A stretch of 64,000 nt of DNA from the human T2T-CHM13v2.0 reference genome, Homo sapiens. Below are positions 18,040-33,547 of the stretch, in pieces. Each line of letters starts with the position of its first letter. The stretch's first letter is position 1. The stretch is from NCBI RefSeq assembly GCF_009914755.1, contig NC_060928.1; one strand, written 5' to 3'. A program made the translations under genes and the position numbers. The notes beneath the pieces are model-generated. The model saw only the letters and a list, made by a program, of their open reading frames with translations. It had not been told where the DNA came from and ran no database searches.

Positions 18040-19043
18040 AGAAATATGGACAGTAAAGGCCATTTTAGTGAAGTGTCAGATGGAAATGAGGAACAAGATA
18101 GTGGAAACTACAGAAGTAAGTTAATAAGTGACAAAAAGAAAAAAAAGAACCTTGGTTACATTGTATTCATATGATATTTGCAGGAGAAGTCTCTAAGCAA
18201 AGTGTTGAAGGAGCTGCTTGGCTTCCCTTGACTGCTTGTAATAAAATGTGAGAAGTGAGAATTGAATTAAAGATGGAATTTATAATTAAAAGAGAGGCAG
18301 AACTTAAAGATTTGGAAAAGTCTCAGCCTTGTCAAGTTGTAAAGGATAAGAAGCATGGTTGAGAGAGAACACCAAGAGTGTGACCAAGAGAATGTTTGGT
18401 AAGGCGATTAGTATGGCTAGAAGGAAGTCAGATGCTATTAATCAAGACAATGGAAGAATGACCCCTAAGGTATTTTGGAGATCTTCAAGGCTGCCACTCC
18501 CATCACAAGCCCAGAGTGCCAGGCCCTTGAGGACAGAATGATTTCAAAGCAGGAGCACAGGGCATCTGTGGGACCTTGGGGCCCACTTCCTAGTATTGCC
18601 TCACATTTCTGCTCCACAAATTCTGGTGCAGTGCCCCTCAGCCACCCCAGGTATGGCTTCAGTGGGCCCAGGTACAATATAGTTGGCAGAGAGTCCCCAC
18701 TAAGACAGTGTCTAATGGAGCCATGAGAATAGGGCCACCCTTGTGACCCCAGGTTGGTAGAGCCACCAACATGCAACATCAACCTGGGAGAGCCACAGTC
18801 ACATGACTCCAAACCCTGCTGACCATGGGTTGTGCCCAGCAAAGCCAAGGGGGTGAGCCCACCTGGGTGAACCTTAGTGTGTTCAGAAGATGGGACATGG
18901 AGTCAAAGAAGATCATTCTCAAGCCTTAATATTTAATGTTTGCCTTGTTGGGTTTTGGACTTACTTGAGACCTGTTACTCTTTTCTTTCCTACCTCTCCC
19001 TTTTGGAATGAGAATGTATATCCTATGCTGATATCACTATTGT

Positions 19044-19353
19044 CTTTTTTTCTTTCTTTCTTTCTTTTTTTTTTTTTTTTTGAGACAGAGTCTTGCTCTG
19101 TCACCCGGACTGGAGTGCAGTGGCGTGATCTTGGCTCACTGCAACCTCTGCCTCCCGGGTTCAAGTGTTTCTCTGCCCCCCGAGTAGCTGGGATTACAGG
19201 TACCCACCATCACGCCAGACTAATTTTTGTATTTTTAGTAGAGGCAGGGTTTCACCATGTTGGCCAGACTGGTCTCGAACTCCTGACCTTGTGATCCACC
19301 TGCCTTGGCCTCCCAAAGTGCTGGGATTACAGGCATGAGTCACCGTGCCCAGC
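19044..19353 (-). mobile_element. AluS inside the MaLR internal region
   Basis: TSD cactattgt. Confidence 0.9.
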
Positions 19354-19965
19354 CACTATTGTAATTTGAAAGCACATAACTTGTTCGATTTCACAGGTTC
19401 ACAGCTGGAGGGGGAGTTTGCTTCAAACTAATCATTCATTTATATCTGATTTAGATGATATTTACGTGAGACTTTGGACTTAAACTTTAAAGTTGATGCT
19501 GGATTCAGTTAAGACTTTTGGGGCTATTGGAATGAAAAGAATGTATTTTGTAAGTGAGAAAAACATGAATTTGGGGGAACCGGAGGCAAAATGCTGTAAT
19601 TTGAATGTTTGCATCCTTCCAAAATTCGTGTTGAAACTTAATTTCCAGTGCAACAGTATTAAGAGGTGGGGCCATTAGGAGATGATTAGGTCATAAGGGC
19701 TATGCTCTCATCAGCGGGATTAGTGTCCTTAATAAAGAGCTTGAGAGAGTTCATCTCTTTTTCCGTTTTTAGCCATGTGAAGATGCAGCAAGAAGGTGCC
19801 ATCTTGGAAGGAGCAAGCAGCCATCAATTGACATTGAATCTTCCAGTGTCTTGATTTTGAACTTCCCAGGCTGTAGAACTGTGAGAAATGAATTTCTATC
19901 ATTTGTGAATTATTCAGTTCATTGTATTTTGTTAGAGCAACCTGAATAGGCTGAGAGAGATAGTG

Positions 19966-21618
19966 AGAGTCAAACAAATGGAAACACATCCCATGCTTAT
20001 GGATGGGTAGAGTGAATATTGTGAAAATGACCATACTGCCAAAAGAAATCTACAGATTTAATGCAATTCCCATTAAAATACCACCATCATTCTTCACAGA
20101 ATTAGAAAAACAATCCTAAAGCTCATATGGAACCAAAAAAGAGCCTGCATACCCAAAGCAGGACTAAGCAAAAAGAGCAAATCTGGAGGTATCACATTAT
20201 CTGATTTCAAACTACTAAAAGGCCATAGTCACCAAACAGCATAGTACTGCTATAAAAATAGGCACATAGTCCAATGGAACAGATAGAGAACCCAGAAATA
20301 AACCCAAATACTTAAACAGCCAACTGATACTTGGCAAAGCAAACAAAAACACAAAGTGGGGAAAGGACACCCTATTCAACAAGTGGTCCTGGGATAATTG
20401 GCAAGCCACATGTAGAAGAATGAAACTGGATCCTCATCTCTCACCTTATACAAAAATCAACTCAAGATGGATCAAGGACTTAAATCTAAGACCTGACACT
20501 ATAAAAATTATAGAAGGTAACATCAGAAAAACCCTTCTAGACATTGGCTTAGGCAAGGATTTCATGACCAAGAACCCAGAAGCAAAGCAAATGCAACAAA
20601 AACAAAGATAAATAGCTGGGACTTAATTAAACTAAAGAGCTTCTGTACAGCAAAAAGAACAGTCAGCAGAGTAAACAGACAACCCACAGAGTGGGAGAAA
20701 ATCTTCACAATCTATACATCTGACAAAGGACTAATATCCAGAATCTACAATGAACTCAAATCAGTAAGAAAAAAAAATCCCATTAAAAGGTGGGCTAAGG
20801 ATATGAGTAGACAATTCTCAAAGGAAGATATACAAATGGCCAAGAAACATATGAAAAAAATGCTCGACATCACTAATGATGAGGGAAATGCAAATCAAAA
20901 CCACAATGCGATACCACCTTACTCCTGAAAGGATGGCCATAATAAGAAAATAACAAATGTTTGTGTGGATGCAGTGAAAAGGGAAAGGGAACACTTCTAC
21001 ATTGCTCATGGGAATGCAAACTAGCATAACCCCTGTGGAAAACAGTGTGGAGATCCCTTAGAAAACTAAAAGTAGAACTATCATTTGATCCAGCAATCCC
21101 ACTACTGGTTATCTACCCAGAGGAAAAGAAGTCATTATACGAAAAAGATACTTGCACACACATATTTATAGCAGCACAATTCGCAATTTCAAAAATGTGG
21201 AACCAACCCAAATGCCCATCAATCAATGAGTGGATAAAGAAACTGGTATATGTATATGATGGATTAATACTCAGCCATAAAAAGGGATGAATTAATGGCA
21301 TTTGCAGCAACCTGAATGAGATTGGAGACTATTATTCTAAGAAGTAACTGAGGAATGGAGTGTATGTTCTCATAGGTGGGAGATAAGCTATGAGGATGCA
21401 AAGGCATAAGAATGATACAGTGGACTTTGGGAACTTGGGGGGAAAGTGTGGGAAGCGGGTGAGGGATAAAAGACTACAAATCAGGTTCAGTGTATACTGC
21501 TCGGGAGATGGGTGCACCAAAATCTCACAAATCACCACTAAAGTACTTACTCATGTAACCAAATACCACCTGTTCCCCAATAACCTATGGAATTAAAACA
21601 TTTTTTAAAAAAGGAAAA
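19966..21618 (+). mobile_element. 5'-truncated L1PB-like element (ORF2 3' part and 3'UTR)
   Basis: ORF pieces [22 protein letters not shown] and [12 protein letters not shown]...WNQPKCPS match L1 ORF2. Confidence 0.92.
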
Positions 21619-21624
21619 AGAGTC

Positions 21625-22075
21625 AGAATACACAAATGAACAAGAGCCAGGCCACATATGGCAACAGAACTCTGCCTCACAACCTCTGCAGCAACTATGC
21701 CAGGAAGCTAAACCACAGCCTCTGCAACAATCATGCCAGAATGGTCAGAATTTGCTCAATGGTGCTTTATTGGTGCCTATGTTTTTGCCCCCACTTCTAA
21801 CTCAGGACCAACCAGAGAAAGCCAAATACGCTCCCTAAGCCAATCACGTAAGACCCCCTAGTTCTAGTTAACCCCCTTCAACTTCCCCACACAAGCAGCC
21901 TCCAATCAGAGCATATCCAAAGCCTCCCCACACCCCTGCTGCTGTAAAGCTTCCCCTCTCCCCTAACTGCCTTTAAGTTTCTGTCAAATGCAAGCGTCTC
22001 CCTTGCTTTAGCCAGCTCTAAATAAGTAGCCTGTGCGTGCTCCCATTTGGGTGGTCTTTGTTTATTTTCACAACA
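21625..22075 (+). mobile_element. Old ERV LTR (MER34-like)
   Basis: acaacctctgcagcaac...ccaggaag...ccaatca motifs, ending tttcacaaca; family assigned from recall. Confidence 0.5.
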
Positions 22076-22328
22076 ATGAGCCCTTCACTGATTTAGGGGA
22101 CACTGTGTGAGGACCAGAAGAGGAGCGTGGAGAAGCATGTGTTCAGTTCTGGACACATAGATTAGAAGACACCTTTGAGACATTGAAAAGGAGATGTCAG
22201 GTACAGCCTGCATTGTGACTTTCATGGACCCAAGGCACTTTTGCCTTCCTGGATAATTAATTTCTTCCTTAAAATAATATTAAAACTTACATTTTATGAC
22301 GTTGTTGGTATAAAGATGGACATGTTAA

Positions 22329-23170
<842 letters not shown>

Positions 23171-24299
23171 TAGCAGAGACATGTTACGGGCAGTAAGGGG
23201 AGGGAGCCTGAAGACACATATTCTGTTATAGTTTGCGTTGCTTTTTGTTTTCCATCTGGGAGGGGTTGCCAGGTGCCTTCCCTACCCACCAGCTGCATGC
23301 GTCTGCCTGCCTGCCTACTCTCTATTACCAAGGTGTGGTCTGCTAGGACTTCCAGGATGCTGGGCACCCTGGGTAGGATTGCAAGACAGGGCAGGCATCA
23401 GGCTGGGTATGGAGAAAGGTGGCTTGGTATGGTGGGGAGCAGAAAGAAGCTGTAGACTTCAATGTTGCCCCCTGCAGATACCAGGGACATAATGGTGGTG
23501 GGTGGGCAGCTGCTCTGTGGAAAGGCAAGGATGGCTGCGACTCAGGCAGGCGGACATCAAAGAAAAGCAATAACAGACCTCAACTAGCAAACCTCTTTTT
23601 GTGTAATGATCTCAGTAGTCAGGAATGTCCCAGAGCTTGGATCATTGGAAAACACCATGCTCCTGGCTTCAGGAAACTTAAAACATGGCCTGAGTCAGGC
23701 AGCCATTTCAAATTCCAGCTTCTCTGGGATTATTACCACATAGTTGACTACTGATGGGGAAAGAACAAGTGACTGCATCATATGATTTCAGATGTTCAGG
23801 GAAGGTAGTGTAGACATGTGACTAGAATTGTACATTCTGAAATAAGAAAGGATTTGAATGCAGGACCTACCACTTGATCTGTGTATTTGGATAAATTAGC
23901 TAACCTCTCTAGGCTTCAATTTTCTCACCTGTAAAATGGAAAGACGAATAGCGCTGTCAGTGCTGGCTCCTCAAGGCACCACCACATAGGCTGTGGACAA
24001 AGCAAAGCTGAGTTTATAGCTTACTGAGGTAAGAGGGCTCTCGCTGTCTCAGTGGAGTCCTGGTAGCTTTTAGTCAAGGGGAGGGCCATGTAGGATATTT
24101 ATAAGAATTCGAGGGGTCCGGTCTAGGACTGGTCTTTCATTGGGAGAGCTTGAATAGGATTGGGCAAGGGATTGATAGACTCTATAAGGAAAGGATTTCC
24201 AACAGAGCCTTGGAAAGTTGATGAGACTAGTGGAATACTTTCAGGATAGTAACAATAAAGGTTATTTGCAGCTTCATAATCCTGGAGAAGAGTTTCCTA

Positions 24300-24815
<516 letters not shown>

Positions 24816-25478
24816 CTATCTCACTTGCCAGTTTGCTAACACATAAAAATTCCACCTCCAGAGTTGCTTCCCCACCACCTAGAGGTTTATCTCTTTTTAA
24901 AATGCAAACACAGGCAGAAAAGGTACCTTATTAATCCTTATCAGGCATTTACACCTCAGCATGGATGTTTATAAAATCCTAAATGAGGAGCCCCAGAAGC
25001 TTAGAATATAAGCTTTACTAACCCCTTAGGAGAAATAGCACAATACATCCTTATGCTATTTGAGAGGGGCATTGCACATGCCCAGTTCCACATGAGGCAA
25101 AAGGACAGCAGTGCCAGATCCAGAATTCCTAAATTCCTCTCCCAATCTGGTGGGTCAGGCTGCTCTGATTTGTGACAATGCCTTTACCTCCTCAGCGTTG
25201 GTGCTTCCCAAGTCACAGAAGGAAGCTGAGGATTTGCAGGTGGAGGAAGAATGCTTCATTACCTCTAGAGAAAAATATCCAGTTTGTTCTTGAAGGCACA
25301 CATTACTAAAGAAGCTCATTAGGCTAGAGAGGTAGTAAACTGCCTCACTTTACCCCAAAGTACCTGCGATCAGTCATCTCTTCTGTAGGTTTCTACGCTA
25401 TGCCCGCAGGCACTAAATCAGGGTATGTCAACCCTGTCTGCACCTTACAGTCAACAGAGGAGCTTTAAAAAATACTTA

Positions 25479-25805
<327 letters not shown>

Positions 25806-26091
25806 ATACTTAAGCCTAGTCCACCCTTACAACCCCTGACCAGGCAACCCTTGACCAAGTGAATCAAAATCTCAAGGTGAGGCTCATTTCAAAAGTTGCC
25901 CAGGTGACCCCAATGTGCCACCAAGAACCGCCACTCGGATGGGTGCTGCTCAAAATTTAGCTGCACAAGAATCACTCAAAGGACTTGTTAAAACACAAGT
26001 TCTGGGGTTTCATCTCCTGGAGATTTAGTAGATCTGAATTGGGGCTTGAGAGTGAGCATTTCTAAGGAGCTCCCAGGTGATGCTAGCACCA

Positions 26092-26467
26092 TGGATTAGT
26101 TTGCTAGGGCTGCCAACATAAAGTGTCATAGTCCAGGTGGCTTAAACAACAGACATTTATGACCTCACAGCTCTGGAGGCTGCAAGTCTGAGATCAAGGT
26201 GTCGGTGGGGTTGTTTTCTTCTGAGATCTCTGTCCTTGGCAATCTCTGTGTCTTTATTTAGTCTTCCTTCTGCTAGTGCATCTGTGTCTAAATTTCCTCT
26301 TCTCTAAAGGACATCAATCATATTGAATTAGGGCTCATCTAATGACCTCATTTTAACTCAGTTATTTCTTTAAAAGCCCTATCTCCAAATGCAGTCACGT
26401 TCTGAGGTACTGGGGGTTAAGACTTCAACACATGAATTTTGTGGAGACACAAGTCAGCTCCTAACAG
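26092..26467 (-). mobile_element. MLT1-type MaLR LTR
   Basis: ttagtttgctagggctgcc...ggcttaaacaacaga...gacttcaacacatgaatttt. Confidence 0.8.
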
Positions 26468-27071
26468 GCTGCTTGCTGGGCATGTGGACCCCACCACCTT
26501 GAGTAGCAAGTATCAAAGAACCATTGTGGGTTCACCAAGTAAGTAATTTATAAGAGGTATGATCTTGTATGGCTTCTTTTATATGTCCCTTTAATATTGA
26601 CAAAATCCTTGAGTTCTCTTTCCATTTCCCTCTGGAGCAAAGTGAGCTAGTGGTCAGTGACAGATGGCAGTCAGAGAAATAGCCAGGGCTGTAGACCATA
26701 GTGAGGACTTTTCACACAAGAAGCACACGGGGGCTTTCTAACTTCAGACTCTCTGCTGAATAATTCCAAGGTGTGGGAGTCATTCCTTTTTTAAGATCTT
26801 CCTTTATTAGCCTTCATCTGCCAACTCAGATGTTCAGTGCAAGGTGTCTGTATTTTCCTGTGTTCATGTTCCTTTGTTAATCTACATAGTTATTTATTTT
26901 ATTTTATTTATTGTGGTAAGAACACTAAACAAGAGATCTACCCCCTTAACAGATTTTGTAGGTATACAATATATTATTGCTAATTTTAGTAGTCCCTGCT
27001 TGTCCACAGGGGATACCTTCCAAGACCCTGAGGGGAGCCTGAAACCTCGAATAGTACGGAACCCTATGTAT

Positions 27072-27393
27072 ACATCATGTGTCACTTGATGACAGGGATA
27101 TGCTCTGAGAAATGTGTCACTAGGTGATTTTGTCATTCTGTGAACATCATAGAGTGTACTTGCGCAAACCTAGGTGGTACAGCCTGTTGCTCCTCAGCTA
27201 CAAACCTGTGTAGTTACTGTACTGAATTTTGTTACTGTACTGGATACTGTAGGCAATTTTAACACAATGGTAAGTATTTGTGTAGCTAAACATAGAAAAG
27301 GCACTGTAGAAATACAATATTATAATCTAATGGGACCACTGTCATATACTTGGTCTATTATTGACCAAAATGTCGTTGTGCAGCACATGACTG
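27072..27393 (+). mobile_element. Tigger3a/MER7-like MITE
   Basis: gggatatgctctgagaaatgtgtcactaggtgattttgtc...gcagcacatgactg. Confidence 0.8.
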
Positions 27394-27464
27394 TATTATG
27401 TTTTTTCCTACTACCTACCTACCTATTGTTGTGGGGTGGCAAGGACTACCTGAGCCGGTGGTAG

Positions 27465-28258
27465 TGAAAGGGGAAAGGGCCTCTTTTCCCCCTTATAGGG
27501 CATGCATTGGGGGTGTGGCTCCCTTCTTCAGTGCCCCACTGCTCAAACCTCTAGGGGAGCATACAGATGGGCAGGGTGTTGGGCTCTGACCCCACGGCAG
27601 TGTCTAGGGGTGCCGTTTACAGCTGAAGACCCAGTGGGCATGTGTTACAGGGTGCTCTTTTTGTTTAGTTGTCCGGACAACATAGGCGGCTTGTGTTAAC
27701 GAGCTCATTTAGACCCCCTTCCTTATCACAAGGACAGAGGGATTTTTGTATCCCAGGGTTCTTGCCTTGGTGTACCAGAAGAATCTGATCACACGTGGGC
27801 TTGGAGAATGAACTCAAAGTTTTATTGAGTGGAAGTAGCTCTCAGCAGATGGGGGAGCCAGAAGGGAGATGGTTTTCCCCTGGAGTCAGGTCGCCTCTGA
27901 CTGCTCCGTCCAAATTCTGCGTCCTTCTGCTGGTCAATGGCTTGCCAGTGCTTGTTGGCGTGCTCTTCCACCAGTGTGCTCTCCACAACCAGCCGCTTAT
28001 GTCTTCTTCTGCCTTGTTGCTCACAACATCCAGCCGCTTGTGTCTCTGCCTTGCTAGGGTCTCGGGCTTTTATATGGCCAGGGTGGTCTTGGAAGATGCA
28101 ACATTTGGGTGGGAAGGCAGATGTGCCTGTCCTCACCTAGGTCCATGAGGGTAGAGCCCTGGCCAGTGATCACACCCTCCTCTACCCAGCATTTCCCTTT
28201 TCCACTTTCATATCATTTAAAGGGACCACTCTCTTCCCTTCCCAGCACTCCCATATCA
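27465..28258 (-). mobile_element. ERV1 solo LTR (LTR1-family-like)
   Basis: TG...CA ends, 4-bp TSD GTAG at 27461-27464 and 28259-28262. Confidence 0.78.
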
Positions 28259-28392
28259 GTAGGGGATAAAAGAGTTTACCAAGACAGTTGTAAATAAGAA
28301 AGGCAGGTTTATTAGAGAAAGTATGAAAATACATTGCCAGGAGGCAGCAGGCAGAACCAGCACAAAAGGAGCGGACTGCAAGGAAACAAAGG

Positions 28393-28760
28393 TGTATTAG
28401 TTATTTCTCACGCTGCTAATGAAGACATACCCAAGACTGAATAATTTATGAAGGAAAGAGGTTTAATTGACTCAGTTCTTCAGGGCTGGGGAGGCCTCAG
28501 GAAACTTACAATCATGGCAGAAGGGGAAGCAAATGTCCTTTACGGTGTGGCAGAACCCAGAAGTGCCAAGCAAAAAAAGAAAAGCCCCTCATAAAACCAT
28601 CAGATCTCGTGAGAACTCACTCACTATCACAAGAACAGCATGAAGGTTACCGCCCCCATGATTCAATTACCTCCCACTTGGTCCCTCCCACCACACAGGG
28701 GGATTATGGGAGCTACAGTTCAAGATGAGATTTGGGTGGGGACACAGCCAAACCATGTCA
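28393..28760 (-). mobile_element. THE1/MST solo LTR
   Basis: tgtattag...aaaccatgtca; 5-bp TSD AAAGG. Confidence 0.88.
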
Positions 28761-30404
28761 AAAGGCTTGCTGAGGATTTTATAGAACGGAACTTGGGCTG
28801 ATTGATAATGCCAAAGCAGCACGGAGCTTAACTTGCATTCTTCTGCCAGCCGGGGTGTTTGAAAAATTGAATCATTTGATGATAAACAGGAAGTTTGGGA
28901 GTTCTGTACGTTATCTGTGCAGGAGGGCCATATGTCCTGGGCCATAAAGAAAAGCAGCCCTGTAGCTTATCTGCTTCCTGTTTTTGTTTATATGTTCTGG
29001 ACCATGAAGAAAGGCAGACATATGGCTTATTTGCTTTATCTCTTTGCTTTCCCCTGGTCCTACAAGCCTGACTCCTTTTCCCTAATTAGGACACCATGCC
29101 TATGATAAAGTTTAATTTATAAATTAGGCACTGTAAGAGATGAACAATGATAGCTAGTAATAAAATAGAATAATTGTGATAATATACTGCAATAAAAGTT
29201 ATGTAAATGTGGTTTCTCTCTCTGTGTCAAAATATTGCATTGTACCCTACTCACCTATTTTCAGACTGTGATTGACCTTGGGTAACTGAAACCTCTAAAA
29301 GCAAAACTGCAGTTAAGGAGGAACTACTGTATAGGTACAATGTGGCAGATTTCTAGAGCTTATTCATCTGGCTTTACTGAAACTTGATGCCTGTTGTTAG
29401 TACCGTTCCATTTCTCCTCCCCCCAGTGGCTGGCAACTACCATTCCACTCTTTGATTCTATGAATTTGACTGTTTTAGATACCTCATGTAAGTGGAATCA
29501 TACAGTACTTGTCTTTCTGTGACTGGCTTATTTCACTCAGCACAATGTCCTTAAGCTTAGTCCATATTGTCGCATGAGGCAGGATTTCCTTCTTTGTTAA
29601 GGCTGAAGGATATTCTGTTGTGTATATATACCACATTTTTATTTATTTGTTCATCTGCAGATGAACATTTAGGCTGTTTCCACATCTTCACAATATAACG
29701 TCAAAAGCATAGGCAACAAAACTAAAAAATAAGTAAGTGAAACTACAATGAACTAAAAAGCTTCTGCAGAGTAAAGAAAATCAGCAGAGTGAAAAGGCAA
29801 CCCGTGAAGTGGGAGAAAATATTTGCAAACTATTTGATAAGGGGTTAAACCCCAATATATATAAGGAACTCCTACAACTCAATACTAAAAAAACAAAAAC
29901 AAAAACAAAAACAGAAAAAAACTAGCTTATATAGCTCTGATCTCCATGGAGTGGCTGTTGTAGGATGGTCTGCAGGGCTGACTTGAGGAATGTCATAGGC
30001 AGCTCTACCAGGCACTGCAGAGTCACAGCTAAGGCTGGCTGGCTGGGACTTGGATGCATCTACACTTACCTAAACAATCTGTTTCAAAGTCTCTCACTGG
30101 GCATCCCTTCAGCAGCGAGGCTGTAAATCCTGCATGGGAAATGCTAGACCAGGGCCACAGCCTTGCCTACAATCTGCAGTCACTTCACAAGGAAAGGAAA
30201 GTCAGGACCCAAGAATCAGACTGGGGCTTGCACAGCCAGAATGAAACCTCTCTAAATGAGTTACTGTTGTCCAGCTCCTTGGGAATTTTTTATGCTGAAA
30301 GAAAAGAAAACCCCAAGCTTATGTTCCAAAAGAGATTTTTGGTTTATTTGGATGATAAGATAAAAAGTGAGTTGCAGCCTAAAGGAAACAAAATAGCCTT
30401 CTAG

Positions 30405-30704
30405 TTTTTTTTTTTTTTTTTTGAGACGGAATTTTGTTCTTGTTGCCCAGGCTGGAAGTGCAACAGCGCGATCTCAGCTCACCGCAACCTCCGCCTCCTG
30501 GGTTCAAGCGATTCTCCTGCCTCACTGCCCGAGTAGCTGGGATTACAGGCATGCGCCATCATGTCCAGCTAATTTTGTGTTTTTAGTAGAGACGGGGTTT
30601 CTCCATGTTGGTCAGGCTGGCCTCGAACTCCCAACCTCAGGTGATCTGCCCGCCTCGGCCTCCCAAAGTGCTGGGATTACAGGCGTGAGCCACCGCGCCC
30701 GACA
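30405..30704 (-). mobile_element. Alu (AluSp-like)
   Basis: TSD ccttctagtt. Confidence 0.92.
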
Positions 30705-31829
30705 TCCTTCTAGTTGTTTTTAAGGTGCATGCAATTCAGCAGGGCCAGCTGAAGGCTGCATGCATTCTGCTGTGGAAATAGTTTAAATACTCTATTTAAA
30801 GTAATGTAATGCAGCATGATATAAAAATTTTAAGTCTCACTGTAAGGAAGTGACTTGTAAACTGTTCTCAATTGCTGCCTAGCATCTGAGAGTGCCCCTT
30901 CAGTTAGCAAACTGTAATCCTCTTCATTCTCCATGTCAGGAGAACCATGGTTGTTCAAAGACATCTGAAATTCTGTGAGTGAGGTTAGTATTTATTAGAT
31001 TGTTATTCTAATATTGACTGTTACTATAATTTGAAAGATTTTACAAATCTTATAAAAATGTCATTCAAGTGATGATGTTGCTAAAACTGGACGGAAAAAA
31101 AACGCAACTATAAATCAGAAAGTCCAGCATAAAATTTAGATAGGAGAAAATGGTATGAATAAGGCAAATTATTACTGTACTATTAATTTAGGAGACTGCC
31201 TATTAATTTAGGAGACTATAGGAAAAATTAAAAATAGTGCTAAAAAATGAAAAGCAACATGAAAGCAAAAATGTGCTCCAATAGTTATAGGTTTTTGTAC
31301 TCCCAGAATTCATCTCTCATACTCTTTATTTATTCCTATGGAAAAATGAATCTTGAATTATGAGAGATCTCCAAAAACTTGTTCTTTGAAGAAAAATGAC
31401 CCTCTCTGTATGACACCATTTAGTTCACAAGAATCAAATTGTATGGCAATGCCAGTTGTTTATGTTGAAGAGCTAGAACTTGAGCAAACATCTCATAACT
31501 GTAGGGCAGGTAGTTTATCCTGAAAAATCATAGCAAGCATAAGGTAATTCATCCTTAGACATTATGGCAAGATAAAAGATGATATGTGTGTGGAATCTGC
31601 TTGTACATAGGAATAGATCTATGAAGTGATGCTGATTGAACACAATTAGAATTGAAAATAATATGCACAGTTATTATAGCTATGGAAAAATATAAACTTG
31701 CCTACTGATAAAGATAGAGACAATGTGAACTGATGTAAAAGGTTAGATATACAATGTAAATGTGTATTCACTGGATTCTCATTTCATTTGCTGTATAGTT
31801 GTTTGTGTGATTAATAAAAGCAAATTGGA

Positions 31830-32185
31830 GTGGCTGCCAGGGCTGGAAAAGGAAAGGGAGAGAGAATGAATAGGTGGAGCACAGAGGATTTTTAGGGCGG
31901 TGAAATTACTCTGTGTGATATTGTAATGGTAGAAACATGCCATCATACATTTATTCAAACCCATAGAATATACACCACAACGAGTGGACCCTAATGTAAA
32001 CTATGGACTTTAGTTAATAATAATGATCAATATTGGCTCATCAAGTTTTTAACAATTGTACCACACTAATGCAAGATGTTAATAAGAGAAATTGGGGGAC
32101 AGGGTAGGGAGCAGAGGTATATATGGGAATTCTATATTTTTTGCTAAATTTTTCTGTAAACCTAAAATGCTAAAAAAGAAAAGAA
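31830..32185 (+). mobile_element. Old L1M 3' end
   Basis: gaggatttttagggcggtgaaattactctg...ccctaatgtaaactatggactttagttaataat. Confidence 0.75.
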
Positions 32186-33547
32186 AGCCTATTAATTTTT
32201 TTACAAAAATAAATTAGTGGAAGAAGAGACTGCTGCAGGATAGATTCTTGGGGAAATCTTGACTCATCCACACAAATCAGGTTAAAACATGCTTGAAGTT
32301 TATTTTGCATGAAGCAGCATTATTTATTTTGCAAAGGCAATAAGGAATAAGAACTAAATGAGAGCAATAAAAATACCTCGCACCCATTGCCAAAATAAAC
32401 TTTCTCATTTGGTTGACTGTCATGAACATTAAATCTATCCAGATGAATCTATTTCACTCTTTATAGGCAAAGTTCCAAATCTCCCTAGGCTTATTTATTA
32501 AGTAAACACTGTATCTTAGCAATTCTCACTACAGGATTCACCATATTAACAAACATATATGAAGGTGTTTAACAAAGTGCTTTATTGTTAGTATCTTGTT
32601 GATCAGCAATAACACATTTCATTTTGTTCTGAGAACATACAGGTTTTGCTCAGGCAGAGAACCAAGTCTTCAACTCCCTCTCTGTGGTGGGAGTTTGGCT
32701 AATCCAGGAGAACTCAAACTGGCTCTCCACAATCAGACTCCAACCTCCTCCAGCCCAAGAGCCACCTACATCCTTCTCCCTCATGCCGCACACTGCCTTC
32801 TCTGCCTTGAATCATGGCCATAAACTCAGGTGTATGAAAAGCATGACTTTATTCTCCATAACTCAGCTTGCTTTCTGACTTTGAGCCTTTTTACCCCCAA
32901 CTCGGCTGGTGGAAAAACAGTCTCGCACCTTTCTGAATTTTCAGGTGCTAAGATGTTGAGTGGTGGGGCTGGAGGGCTGGGGTTAGGGGATAATGGGAGG
33001 GAAGGCAGATTGGGATGGTCCTCTGGGCCCTGGTCCACACGGGTTACTGCTAGGATGTGTTCTTTTCCTCCATATGTTCCCTTTGGGTCCTCCAGCTTCC
33101 TGCTGCCTTTCTAGCCTGCCCAGGATGCAGGAGCCTTTGATGAGGCTCCTTTAATTCTTTCTACTTAGACATAGCCATTTTCTCTCTAGGGCTTTCTTTC
33201 CTAAATAGTGACCATGTTGCAAAGCCAGGCATGATCCTTTCTGCTCCTAGAACCCACAGCCTCTCCTTTTTTCTTTTTACCCCCACCCATGGAAAACTCT
33301 TTCCAGTCTGGGGATGACACAGCTTCTTTTTCTTTAATCTCCTCCACAATGCCCCACCTCTTGGATTCCCTAAGGGTGTAAGCTTTTGGAACAAGGAGCA
33401 AAAAAACACTTTCAAGCTTTATCTGTGTTCTCCCTTGCTACATTCCTTCCCCAAGGCAATGAGGCCAAGAGCCTTCTCTAAGGAAGGGAGAGGAGCCCTA
33501 GAGAGAGAAAAAGAAAGAAATCCACATTTCAAAGTATTATTTGGCCA

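Larger units (their letters stand above)
17105..19958 (+). mobile_element. Near full-length MaLR provirus (MSTD/MLT1A-like LTR-int-LTR) with two Alu insertions
   Basis: Similar LTRs at ~17105-17470 and ~19592-19958, with MaLR internal sequence between them. Confidence 0.8.
27427..29098 (-). mobile_element. ERVL-class solo LTR (LTR47-like) interrupted by two younger LTRs
   Basis: 5-bp TSD CCTAT at 27422-27426 and 29099-29103; family assigned from recall. Confidence 0.6.
26989..29329 (+). mobile_element. MER2 (TcMar-Tigger) split into pieces
   Basis: Ends agtagtccc / gaactactg; pieces at ~26989-27070, ~27395-27426 and ~29099-29329. Confidence 0.75.
26888..29920 (-). mobile_element. Old L1M element hosting nested MER2, Tigger3 and LTR insertions; distal part inverted
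   Basis: L1 3' antisense at 26888-26980 resumes at 29330-29690; sense L1 at 29691-29920. Confidence 0.75.

Noticed and set aside
31181-31217. Short direct repeat tattaatttaggagact x2 (similar 19-bp duplication at 50940-50979)
   Set aside because: Ordinary micro-duplications; two copies only, no array structure
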